DNA of 64,000 nucleotides. It comes from Oopsacas minuta. Its lineage: Eukaryota > Animalia > Porifera. Numbering within the stretch: position 1 is the stretch's first letter; each line of letters starts with the position of its first letter. The stretch covers positions 434,001 to 498,000 of the forward strand of contig JAKMXF010000221.1 of NCBI GenBank assembly GCA_024704765.1. The letters are read 5' to 3'. The translations under genes and the position numbers were made by a program. Shown piece after piece: positions 11,906 through 23,005 of the stretch. The notes under the pieces were generated by a model. The model ran no database searches. It was not told the origin of the DNA and worked only from the letters and a program-made list of their open reading frames with translations.

Positions 11906-12419
11906 ACAAGATGGTTACTAAGTTATTTCAGTCATGAGATAACATTAATATTTGTGAACTGAAGTTATGTTCTAAATTTGTTGTTATTGTTGTTATTGGG
12001 TTTAACTCTAGCTTAGCACTTAGGTATTCACCTACTATATTGTTAGTATTTCCCGTTTGTATGTTTACTATTATTATTATTTGTTTTATCTGCTATTTTT
12101 GTTTATTCGAGTTACAATAACAAATTTCCACGTACATCTGGCAATATTTAGAGATTTGTTTAGTAGCAGATTTCCATTAATCTCCTCCTTTTCTATTGAA
12201 ATGTTGAGCAGTAAAACTTCTGAACTGAAAGCTAATATGATTAATAGAGATTATACAGAATATGATACAGCACCCAAAGTTACATATTTGAAGGAGAATT
12301 TTAATTATAAGGCCAAAATATTCAGGACAGATTATTGAAGTCCGCTTATACTTTATGTAAATTTATTTCTTATGTTCCTATTTGGATTAGTTATTCCGAA
12401 ACAGTAATCATTACTACTG

Positions 12420-12848
12420 ATGGCTGGTCCGACTTTGAAAGCAAAAGAGTGTAATTTTGTAGATAATGACGCTATCTGGATTAGCCATTGTAATAATGAA
12501 TTAAAGTCTTCTAAGATTTGGAATGATAAATGGGGGTTTTTACTTGAGGATTACCAAAAGTTGGAGGATAAATCAAGAGCATTAGATATTCCAGAAAGCT
12601 CAGCTCAAGCTAATGATGTAATGCAGCAAGCAGAGGTGATCCCAGTTGAAAGGGCCCCTGCAGGTGTAGGGCATGAACAGAAAAACTCGGAGGTTCCCCG
12701 GCTTGAGATTCCAAAAACAACAACTGGAATGTCAAGTTGGTTACTTGTGTCGGGAAAATCTCCCTTGATTAAAGTTTCTAAGGAAAAGAGACGTGGTAAG
12801 CATGATATACTTAACCAACTAGGTTGGCCACTTGATGGAGTTAACTGA
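12420..12848 (+). CDS. C20orf85: C20orf85/CIMIP1-like ciliary microtubule inner protein
   Basis: NFVDNDAIW...E...W...WGFL at the N-terminus; IPKTTTG..W and QLGWPLDGVN at the C-terminus match the family pattern. Confidence 0.72.
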   Translation: MAGPTLKAKECNFVDNDAIWISHCNNELKSSKIWNDKWGFLLEDYQKLEDKSRALDIPESSAQANDVMQQAEVIPVERAPAGVGHEQKNSEVPRLEIPKTTTGMSSWLLVSGKSPLIKVSKEKRRGKHDILNQLGWPLDGVN

Positions 12849-13514
12849 GTCAAAAACCATCACTTGTTTTCTACACAATTATTATTTATTTTCTACTGAT
12901 ATATTTCCAATAACAAGTCACATATATTGAGTAATCTTTTCATATTTTTATGATATCACATTTGCTTTCTATCCTTGTCGCACTTGGGAGTGATTACATG
13001 TCTTGTTGTTGTTCATTTTATTTCATATTGTACTCATCCGGCTTTCTGGAATATTGCAAAAGAATAATTTTTGACCTCTATATAGTCGTATTATTGTATT
13101 ACATAATGTGCAGAGCATCTACTCCTTGTTTGGAAATAGTTTATAGTAATGCTGCACTGTAATCTGATATTCAAGGAAATACTTTCATTTTGCAATAATT
13201 TACATTCTAGAGTATTCCCTCTCACGAATAATCTGCTAGTACTCTATATTAAATTCTCCTACTTATAAGTTCAAGTTCACAAGACAATTCTACTTCCTTG
13301 AGTAAAAGTTATTGCACAAATGTTTGTTTTATCATTTTGCATCACTTTATATTTACTATTAACATAGTTTGCAACTTTGCAGTTTGATTAATTGCTAGAT
13401 AATATTTTCTACCGATGTTTCAAAATGGTAGACTTTCAGCTTCCCTTTTAATGACATAATTTATTCACTAGCTTTTGCTTTGGAAAGTAATTATAAATCG
13501 ATTAGTGTTCTGGA

Positions 13515-13917
13515 ATGTCCAGGCTATGGTCTGCTTACAAGAGAAATTTCCCTAATCCTTTTGAGTGGTATACAGATACCTCAAAGCTCAGTGTCAACAG
13601 AGTATCATACTACCAACATTACTTCAAGGTTGTTAATTCCTTTCTATTCCATGTGGTTTTGCATATAGTGTATTGTTACTCTGTCTATTATACAGGTATC
13701 TCATGCAATGGGTCCTATCTGGATGCGAGCTCCCCTCGACTGGAATGTGTATTACGGATTATGGCTAGCATCTATAGGAGGATTTATTTATTTGGGGTTT
13801 ACAATGAAAAAGTTAGCATTTGGTGAGCTAAAGAAAAAACCACCAAGCCGTCCTTTCAGAGAGCATCGTTGGTATAAAAACTTAGAACGGTTCTGGAGTC
13901 CTAAAATCGATAGATAA
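13515..13917 (+). CDS. COX7A: Cytochrome c oxidase subunit 7A/Cox7-like protein (2 exons, 111 aa)
   Basis: Exons 13515-13628 and 13696-13917 (67-nt GT-AG intron) join two track ORFs into ...NRVSYYQHYFK|VSHAMGPIWMRAPLDWNVYYGLWLASIGGFIYLGFTMKKLAFG..., resembling the Cox7 pattern NKVxxxQxxFQ...P(L/I)WxR followed by one TM helix. Confidence 0.6.
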
Positions 13918-14119
13918 TATATAGCTTAATTCAATTAGTTATTCACGGTTATTTAATGAATACAGCATGGATAATTCACATATGTCAACACCTTTGATTT
14001 CACGCTTTCTGGTTAAGTGAGAATTTTGCGATCTCGCTATATATGCCCATAATTCTTCGTTTAGATTTTGGTGTAAAATACTGATATAACTTGTAGTGTA
14101 TATTAGCTTGTACAGAGAG

Positions 14120-15613
14120 ATGCACAGCTTCAACAGGAATCTGTACAATGTATTTGCATTGGGAGTGGTATTTCTCCTCATATTCACTGCATTCCAGACA
14201 ACATCCATTCTACAAGTCACAGCGCTAAAAAATGCATTCAACAGCTCCCAAAATTCTTCCCCCTCCATGATACATCTAGAACAGAATCTTGGCTACTATA
14301 CTCTATGTATTATCTATGGGATGTTAGCTATATCTAACTGGCTTGCTCCTTCCATAATCGTGCTTCTTGGCAATAGACTAACAATGATAATATCAGCTTC
14401 GTTATACACGATATACATAGCTACTATCATATACCCGATTGTATGGACTATTCTCATTGCATCCTTCTTTATTGGTCTAGGAGCCGGGACCCTATGGACC
14501 GCACAGGGGGCGTATCTCTGTGAAAACTCAAACGAGAACACGAGCGGACGAAACAGCGGAATTTTCTGGGCCCTCCTCCAGGCCAGTTTGTTTATCGGGA
14601 ATATTTTTGTTTACCTATTTCTATTGTTCTCATCTGATGGTAACAATGAAGCATATACTCTATCTACCACACAGAATAGAGTAATATTTGCTGTTCTAAC
14701 TGTATTCTGCGCGCTAGGTACCCTTAGTGTATTAACTCTAACTAAACCTGTTTCTAACAAAGATTACGTGATAGTAGTGAATAGATTTGGTAGAGATTCA
14801 GTGCATGACGTAGAGGCTAATGAAAAACCTATGAGGAATGATGTTCTCTTACAAATGGGGCTTGCTTTTGTTAGAGCTATAAAATTACTCTGTACCAAAG
14901 AAATTATGTTCTTTTGTCTGTTGTTCGCATACACAGGACTCGAACTTAACTTTTTCAGTGGGGTCTATGGGAGCTGTATCGGGAATGTTAAGTTGGACTC
15001 GTTTGGTGTAAGGTATGTAGGATTGAATGGTGCTTTTATTGGTATCGGAGAGGTGTTAGGAGGCCTAAGCTTCATGATTATAGGTCACTACTTCAAAGGG
15101 AAAGCTAGAGCGTTTATTGTTTTATTCGGGTATATTGTACACATGGTAACCTTCTATATGATATACTTAAATTTACCTAATCGATCTCCTTCTACTGACA
15201 TAAATATACCCCATTCAGAGCTCCAGAAAGGAGCAATTGGATTGCACTCTAATATCTACGTGGCCCTTTTCGATTCTTTTCTGCTCGGGCTAGGAGATAG
15301 TTGCTTCAATACTCAGATATACGCATTTATTACTTCTGTATATGTGGGAGATACCAGTGCTCCAGCTATTGCTATTTACAAGTTCTTCCAATCCATCTCT
15401 GCGATGATAGCTTTCTTCTATAACCCGCTTCTTAATCTTAACTGGCAGCTACTTATCCTTGTAGTGTCTGGGACTATTGGAACTCTAGGCTATATGGTTA
15501 CGGAATTTTTTGAATCCAGGAGGAAGAAGGTGACAAATACTCAGAGAGGGGCGGACAGTGATGATCCGAATTTCTCGAGTATTAAGCAGTCCGATCTCGC
15601 TGATTCAGATTAG
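14120..15613 (+). CDS. MFSD11: UNC93-like protein MFSD11
   Basis: LGVVFLLIFTAFQT, WTAQGAYL, GRNSGIFWALLQ, FLLGLGDSCFNTQIY, AIAIYKFFQS. ATG at 14120 chosen by similarity. Confidence 0.9.
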   Translation: MHSFNRNLYNVFALGVVFLLIFTAFQTTSILQVTALKNAFNSSQNSSPSMIHLEQNLGYYTLCIIYGMLAISNWLAPSIIVLLGNRLTMIISASLYTIYIATIIYPIVWTILIASFFIGLGAGTLWTAQGAYLCENSNENTSGRNSGIFWALLQASLFIGNIFVYLFLLFSSDGNNEAYTLSTTQNRVIFAVLTVFCALGTLSVLTLTKPVSNKDYVIVVNRFGRDSVHDVEANEKPMRNDVLLQMGLAFVRAIKLLCTKEIMFFCLLFAYTGLELNFFSGVYGSCIGNVKLDSFGVRYVGLNGAFIGIGEVLGGLSFMIIGHYFKGKARAFIVLFGYIVHMVTFYMIYLNLPNRSPSTDINIPHSELQKGAIGLHSNIYVALFDSFLLGLGDSCFNTQIYAFITSVYVGDTSAPAIAIYKFFQSISAMIAFFYNPLLNLNWQLLILVVSGTIGTLGYMVTEFFESRRKKVTNTQRGADSDDPNFSSIKQSDLADSD

Positions 15614-15663
15614 GATGAGTATGTACGATTATTGTAATTCTGTGAAACATTTTGAACGATGCA

Positions 15664-15671
15664 TGACGTCA
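15664..15671. promoter_or_regulatory. Palindromic CRE (TGACGTCA)
   Basis: Perfect 8-mer about 500 nt upstream of the bZIP gene; a single site that could occur by chance. Confidence 0.25.
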
Positions 15672-16168
15672 AATACAGCAAATTCATGTATTTATGTTTG
15701 ATGTTTGTTTGTGTAAATATTCTAAATTTATCTTTTAACGCTTTGAGAATACTCAAATGTTTTGTTATATATTAAATAGCATTTTGTGAATCCTTTCGTT
15801 GCCTTTTAATTTGGAGAAATATTCAAGGGTAATTGTGCGTAGGTTAGTATCATCATGTTTGGCACTTTGTAAGAGATTGTACTTTTGTTTACAAATTATA
15901 AAGAATTTTCCGATTTGCATTACGGACCAAAGACCCTTGTACCTCTACAGTTTGTATTTCCTTTGATATTATGTTCGGTCTACTCTTTCTATATTTCAGA
16001 TTAGCTAACTTCCTCAAAGAAGATTACACAATGAACTGTAGTCAAAGAGTTTAGCGATCAAGTTTCATTATAAGGGAGTTTAACTACTAAGCAAAATCAT
16101 TTGCTATAAATACGTGCTTTTATCATACACTTTCAACAGAAAACTGAAAAGTAACAACTTGAATTAAA

Positions 16169-16516
16169 ATGTCTACTAATAGCTCAATTTCTTATGACAG
16201 ACCTTCGCCTGTTAATCCCATCTTTGAAAACATTTCAACCCAAATCGATGATAATATCGTCCTCACTGCACCAGTTAATGACTTGAAAAGAAAGTTGTAT
16301 GTTGATGGACACGATGAAGACACAATTAAGAGAGTTATGCAAAGAAGACGGACACTTAAATCCAGAATTTACACCAGAAAATGTCGAGCTAAGTGCAGAA
16401 CAAGTGTGCAAGATATGAGAAAAGAAAGAGAGAATCTTATAGCCGAAAAATCCCGAATTACATTGGAGATTTGTCTCTACAAAAACCTCATTGTCCAGTG
16501 CGGTTACTCCTGTTAA
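16169..16516 (+). CDS. Divergent small-Maf-like bZIP protein
   Basis: Extended homology region DDNIVLTAPVNDLKRKL, basic region QRRRTLKSRIYTRKCR (Maf: QRRRTLKNRGYAxxCR), short zipper, no transactivation domain. Confidence 0.75.
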   Translation: MSTNSSISYDRPSPVNPIFENISTQIDDNIVLTAPVNDLKRKLYVDGHDEDTIKRVMQRRRTLKSRIYTRKCRAKCRTSVQDMRKERENLIAEKSRITLEICLYKNLIVQCGYSC

Positions 16517-16648
16517 TATATTTAATAATTTCTACTATCACTTACACTGTGTTGTCATAGGAAATCTACAAATATTCTGTAAAAACGCGTTTTTATTAAC
16601 TTTATGATTTAAATCACACATTTTCTTAATTACTGTTAAAGTCAGCAA

Positions 16649-19600
16649 ATGGTGCTAGACATATTCATTTTGCTATGCTTGTTGGTCCTAACACCTCAAA
16701 CCGTGATTGCTGTTGATAAAGGAAATTTTAAGACCTGCTCTCAAAGTAATTTCTGTCAGAGGAATCGTAACCTCCCAGAGGGAGAGCCCCGCTATCATGT
16801 GTTCCCCTCCTCCGTGACTCCAGAGCCCGATAAAGGAATTTTGTCATTTCATATCAAAGATAACAACGGTGTAACGTTGTTCGCAGTTCTCCAAACCCTA
16901 CAGCAAGGGATACTCCGATTTAGTCTCAAGGAATTTCACCCTGTCCCCACCCATGAGAGATTCTCCCCCTCAGAATTCTCGCTAGATAATGAACCGACTA
17001 AACTCCCATTCAAAGTTCTATCTCAGTCAGATACTCAGATTTACATACAGAATGGAGAGATACAAGCTCAGATTGAATTCTCTCCATTCCAGCTCTCTGC
17101 CCTCAGGGAAGGACAGCCGTTTGTAGTCATTAATAAGAGAAATTTAATGAACTTTGAACCTTTCATGAGTAAGGACGATTGGAATGCTTCTGGTGTTGAT
17201 GTCGAGGGAACATGGGAAGAGAATTTTAAGAGTCATAGAGACTCTAACCCATTTGGCCCCAGTTCTATAGGTATAGATGTTAGGTTTCTGGGAGCAAAGC
17301 ACCTCTACGGTCTCCCAGAACACTCAGATGGACTTTCACTGAGCGATACTAAGTTAGTCATTAACCATAAATCTGTTACACACATAATACTGCATGTTAC
17401 TATTGTTAAGTTTATTCGATTTACCGCTACCTTGCTTGGACTGGTAATGGAACATAATTACATTGCATGTATCAATAAGTAGCTGTGATATCCCAGCTGA
17501 TTATTTTGTATAACAGATCTGATGGAGGAGATCCTTACAGGCTCTATAACCTTGATGTGTTTGAGTATGAGGTGAATAACAGAATGGCTCTTTATGGTGC
17601 TGTACCTCTTGTGTATAGCATAGGAGCTAATGGAAGTAACGGATTCTTCTGGCTGAACGCTGCTGAGACTTGGGTTGATGTTCAGAAGGTCTCTGATGGT
17701 GGAGATTCTGTGGTAGGAAGTTTACTGAATTCTGTTTTCAACTCTGGCGGATCTAGCTACATTGATACACACTGGATGTCTGGTATTATGAACCATTACT
17801 CCGATCTATATTATCCTATAATTGTATAATATATCAGCTACGTGTAATCTCTCTAACTTAGTTCACAATGAATATTTAGAATTAGCATTACAGATGTAAC
17901 TCTACTAAGATATGTTATTATTTATTAATCATATCTTAAGTTGTTTATCTTCTCGCATATTTGTACTTTCAAATTAGTGGACTTCAAAGTTGCAACCAAT
18001 TATGGAATTTTCTAGAACACCTGTAAATATTATCACTTAAGAAAGATTCGAAATTCCCTCTTTGATATCTGATAATTATGACATAAGCTGTTGACCTGTA
18101 GTGATATCTAGTTATCCTTGCTACAAAGTAGTGTTCGCTAATTACATTACCCAAGAGCAAATTATTAATCATATACACAAAACGCATTATTGCTCTACAG
18201 CATTTATTCTTGACATATAATACTCGTAAGCAGATTGAATAAACCTGGTTTTTTAATTTGTAAAATATTCAGGTATTCTCGTACAATTTATCAGAAAGAT
18301 CTAACACAGTATTGAGGCTTGTCAATAATGTTACTGGTTATGTCTCTTTCAGTAAATTGCTGAAAGTCCTCCCATATCATTATTCGGTTGATTGAAGGCT
18401 CTTAAGCAGTTATTCATCAACTGGTAGTATGTTTCTTTCTAACCACTGAGTTAATAAAGCACCTTTTCCATTAATTACGAATGTCTTATCGTTTGTTTTT
18501 CTTAGAAACTGGACTTTTGGATTTCTTCATTCTCCCGGGCCCCACTCCCTCGTCTGTTTCTGAGCAGTATTCCCAGCTGACAGGAGTAACTCCATTACCA
18601 GCGTTATGGTCACTTGGTTACCATCAGTGTCGTTGGAATTACAAAGATCAGGAAGATGTGGCACAAGTTGACGCTAACCTCGAGGCTAACCTGATCCCCT
18701 ATGATGCTATTTGGCTGGATATCGAGCATACTGACGGCAAGAAATATTTCACTTGGGACGCTAATAAATTCCCCGACAGTATAGCTATGCTTGATAAACT
18801 GGCAGAGCGAAACCATAAGGTATTCGTGTGTGTTTATTAAATTCAAATAAAGAGTAGAACTCGGTTAGTACATACAGTAGAAACCGGATAATATTAACAG
18901 TTTTTATGAGAAATATCCTGTTTCTACTCTACTAATATTCTTTCTCCGAGGGTGTACACGTCTTATCCGAGTACTACTGTGTGTATAGATAGTATACTGA
19001 TTCACTCCAGTAGTTTAAGAACCTCCTTACTATCGTTATTGTAATTACACTATACCCTAATAGTTTATTAGAAACTGCATTGCTGTATCGATAACAAGTG
19101 AAGTATGTAATTGGGAGGAAATAATTTTAGGTTTATATATTCCTTGCATTTCACTTTTATTCAAATATTCGTATGAATATGTGAAAATGATCGATTTTGC
19201 TGAATAGCTTTGTTCTGATATAATTCAGCAGGTGTTTGAGTTTAAAAAGTTGCTTATACTAATTCTCTTACAGAGTTGCAGTTTCACAACTTCTTGGCTT
19301 CACAAATTACGTATTTTTACTCTCTCATCGTTTATTTGTATGATTATTTCTGTAATCTATTGTTCAATTCTTAACTAATAAAATGGAAAGTTTGCAGTTG
19401 TAATATTTGAGATTTTGTCATTTTCCTCACCTGTTCATTATTGCAATTATATTATAGTTGGTGGTGATAATAGACCCACACATAAAACGAGAGGACAACT
19501 ATCGTATTTACAAAGAGCTGAAAGAGAGAGGGTATTTAGTTAAGAGTTCTGACGGGTCGAGTGATTATGAGGGAGCTTGTTGGCCGGGCGGCAGCTCATG

Positions 19601-21223
19601 GCCAGACTTCTTAAGCCAGGAAGTAAGACAGTATTGGTCTGAGTGCTATTTGGTAGAGAACTATTCTGGCTCTACCTCAAACCTTCATGTGTGGAATGAC
19701 ATGAACGAGCCTTCAGTATTCACAGGCCCTGAGGTTAGTTATACAAGTAGATGCCGGTTATAGGAACCACTTTGGGGGTAGCAATATATGATCTTATAAC
19801 CGGCATATTCTCGTTCCAACCGGTAACCAATACACTAAAACTTAAAATTAGGTTACAATGCATAAAGACGCGGTACACATGGGGGGCTGGGAACACAGAG
19901 ATATCCACAACCTGTATGGTCTGTTAGTAACTCTTGGTACTTATGAGGGACTACTAATGCGTAGCAAGCACCAGGAGAGACCGTTTATATTGACGAGAAG
20001 TGTATTTCCGGGGAGTCAGCGTTACTCAGCTGTTTGGACAGGAGACAATGAAGCCTCTTGGGGCCATCTTAAGATCGTGGTCCCCATGGTGCTACAGATG
20101 GGGCTAGGAGGAATACCGTTTGTTGGTAGTGATGTGGGCGGATTCTTTAAGCACCCCTCTCCTGAGTTGTTGGTCCGTTGGTACCAAGTAGGAGCCTATT
20201 CTCCATTCTTTAGACAACATGCACATATTGACACCCCTCGGAGAGAGCCGTGGCTATTTGGAGAAGATAATCTGAGAATAATCAGAGACGCTATTACAGA
20301 CCGTTACCAGCTCCTTCCTTATTGGTATACTCTGTTCTATCTACATACTCAGAGCGGTGCTCCAGTCGTTAGACCTCTATGGTATGAATTCCCAGAGGAC
20401 TACAACACATGGGATATGTATGAACAAGCTATGGTAGGGAGTGCTATTATGATAAGTCCTGTTACAGAGATAGGACAAGCTTCACAAGAAGTTTATTTCC
20501 CTGATGAAGACAGCATTTGGTATGATAAGAAGAGTTTTGTAAGATTTACTGGAGGAGAGACAAGGCTAGTTAATTGCTTATATTATGTACATTCAACTCC
20601 CGTTACATCGAACACGGATATACCGAAATACCCGCTATTATATTGTGCAAATATGGTCCAAACCATCAAAGTAACATACATTCCATCGGTCATATCTAAG
20701 TAATTATTGCAGTCTCTTGAGCTTCCTTATGACGGGAGTTTATTGTATTTATTTCATACTGTATAGGAGTGTTTCTACACCACTTGATAAGATTCCAGTA
20801 TTTCTCAGAGGAGGGAGTGTAATTCCATTTCGTATGCGAGTACGTCGCTCCTCTAATCCTAATCCAGATGATCCCTTCACCCTCTATGTAGTGCTAGACG
20901 GCAAGCAGGAGGCTAGCGGGTGTCTATACTGGGACGATGGGCACAGTTTCTCTTACAAAGATGGGAATTATCTGATTAGAGAGTTTTCCTATAAAAATGG
21001 AGAATTCTCCTCTGCGGCTGGAGCGACGAGTGGAGGCTTTTCAACCAAGAGTTGGATAGAACGTATTCTTGTAATTGGACTGAAAGGCAAACCTATAAAA
21101 GTAGCTCTCTCAAGTTCTGGCGATGAATTATTCACTAAGTGGGACCTTGATAGTAAAACTTTAGAGATTAGAAAACCAGTAGAAAACATCAAAACAGATG
21201 TGAAGATAAGATTCTCTTTCTAG
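16649..21223 (+). CDS. GANAB: Glucosidase II alpha subunit (GH31), 909 aa
   Basis: Exons 16649-17352, 17517-17782, 18506-18819, 19458-19733, 19852-20564, 20767-21223 (2,730 nt). Signal peptide, AVDKGNFKTCSQSNFC, nucleophile WNDMNEPSVF, acid/base WTGDN. The last intron is GC-AG. Confidence 0.95.
19751..19806. repeat. Perfect 12-bp inverted repeat (MITE remnant) in GANAB intron 4
   Basis: ATGCCGGTTATA at 19751-19762 and TATAACCGGCAT at 19795-19806. Confidence 0.6.
20590..20745. mobile_element. TA-flanked MITE family A, near full length, in GANAB intron 5
   Basis: TA|cattcaactcccgtta...atgacgggagtttattg|TA; imperfect TIRs, TA on both sides, internal homology to the other copies. Confidence 0.75.
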
Positions 21224-21377
21224 CAACCTAAAACAACTTATGGTATTTCAATCTAACTTGATGGAATAGTCGTATTGTTGCTTGCTAATGTTATTATTAA
21301 TAAAATAATGTAATTTCAACTGACGGCTAATAGATATTTTACGGGTTTTATTAAGATTGCCTTAGTAAATTAGTTTA

Positions 21378-22661
21378 ATGGTTGAGTCAAGTGATCCAAA
21401 TTGGAGAGAGCTAAACTATCCAGGATTTCCTCCTCGCGTGAATCATTCATCTGCCTGTGATTATGAAAACTATATCATATACAGCTCCGGGGGGTTTTAT
21501 GTGGACGCTAAGGCTGCCTTAGAGCATAATCCAATGGTTGAGCTAGTGGTAGATATCTACCAGTTGAAATTGCGAGACTTTAATCCAAAATGGGAGATGA
21601 TTTATCCAAATACGGCAGAGCCTAAATACAATCGTCATACTATGCCTCGCCACGGGCACTGTATGTTCCTACACAAAGGTAAATTGGTATTGATTGGAGG
21701 CAATGGCAACAACAGAAGGGCTATGGATGTTCCAGCGATGCTCAGTGTATTCAATCTAGAGACGGGAGCTTTTGAAGAGAACGTTAAGCAGCGAGGCCAC
21801 ATTCCTATCGAGCGTGACACTCACGCTTGTTGTCAGGTAGGAGACCTTGTCTACATGCACGGAGGAATAGAAAGGAATCACATGTCAATATTGTCTACAT
21901 TTTCTAATGAGCTTTACTCCTTAGACATGAATACATACAGATGGATGTTATATCCGGCTCTAGGATGCAGTAACGAAGTTCATTTAATGTTTCATTCATT
22001 GAATTATCATAATGACAGATTATATGCATTTGGTGGAGAGTATAGTCCTGGTGATTTCTTCTCTTCTGAGCATAGTAACAAAGTTCATTATTACGATTTA
22101 CAAAAAGGGGAGTGGAATCCTGTGGTTACTCAGGGCGTGCCCCCCGCGCCAAGGAGGAGTCATATAACTTTGAAATTCCGCGGTAACCTCGTGGTGTTTG
22201 GAGGAGCTTGCAAAGAAGCTGCAGCCTTTTATAACGACATATTTTTCTTCAATTTACAAACGAATACTTGGACTGAGGTTATACCGTCTGGAAAGCGTCC
22301 TATTGCTCGTAGAAGATGTGGTTACAGTTTAATCGATGACTCACTCTATATTTTTGGTGGAATAACTCCCCATCCGGACACGGTATCTAAAAATACCCTT
22401 TCACGTGTTTTCTATCATCCACATACAGAGAATATGATTGATCTCCATGATATGCATGTGTTGTCATTAGACCCAACACTCAAGAGCTTATCAATGTTAA
22501 CTGTATTGAAAAACTCCCTCGATGAGTCGGTGCTGTTCTTGAAGCTACCCTTTAACCTCCGAAAAGATTATATTAAATTCAAAGAGCTTAGGAATGTAGA
22601 CCAACAGAACTCTAATATAATTGCATGTCCTGATGATTTCGTTACTCATGAAGCTATGTAG
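21378..22661 (+). CDS. KLHDC3: Kelch domain-containing protein 3-like
   Basis: PRVNHS start, six kelch repeats with GG motifs, C-terminal BC-box-like PTLKSLSMLTVL...LPFNLR. Confidence 0.8.
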   Translation: MVESSDPNWRELNYPGFPPRVNHSSACDYENYIIYSSGGFYVDAKAALEHNPMVELVVDIYQLKLRDFNPKWEMIYPNTAEPKYNRHTMPRHGHCMFLHKGKLVLIGGNGNNRRAMDVPAMLSVFNLETGAFEENVKQRGHIPIERDTHACCQVGDLVYMHGGIERNHMSILSTFSNELYSLDMNTYRWMLYPALGCSNEVHLMFHSLNYHNDRLYAFGGEYSPGDFFSSEHSNKVHYYDLQKGEWNPVVTQGVPPAPRRSHITLKFRGNLVVFGGACKEAAAFYNDIFFFNLQTNTWTEVIPSGKRPIARRRCGYSLIDDSLYIFGGITPHPDTVSKNTLSRVFYHPHTENMIDLHDMHVLSLDPTLKSLSMLTVLKNSLDESVLFLKLPFNLRKDYIKFKELRNVDQQNSNIIACPDDFVTHEAM

Positions 22662-22938
22662 TTGGTAGACTTTATTTTTGTGTGTGCTATTTTCTATTTT
22701 CACTATTTACGTGTATAAAGCTGTCATATTTTGCTATATATTTATTTGTATTAGGAGAGCTCTTTAGGATCAGAGGTGAACTCAAATTTTATTGTAGTAT
22801 TGACAGAAAATATTATTATTATTTGTTTTTGTTTATTACTCACAATATATGTACAAATATTTCAAATCTATCCACATTGAATATGTTATAAATCTACAAA
22901 TATACATTAATTATTTAGTTCCAATCATAAAATTCATT

Positions 22939-22939
<1 letters not shown>

Positions 22940-22986
<47 letters not shown>
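22940..22986. repeat. (CA)n microsatellite, ~23 units
   Basis: Directly visible; lies between the convergent stops of KLHDC3 and the membrane-protein gene. Confidence 0.99.
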
Positions 22987-22987
<1 letters not shown>

Positions 22988-23005
22988 AGGCAATGTCCCA
23001 TGTAA

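Noticed and set aside
12850-13480. Intergenic ORF fragments (12950-13162 and minus-strand pieces)
   Set aside because: Short, AT-rich and stop-interrupted, with no recognisable motif.
17783-19457. Possible decayed genes in GANAB introns 2 and 3 (e.g. 17984-18187, minus strand)
   Set aside because: Frames have multiple stops and no identifiable domain; not distinguishable from random AT-rich sequence by eye.
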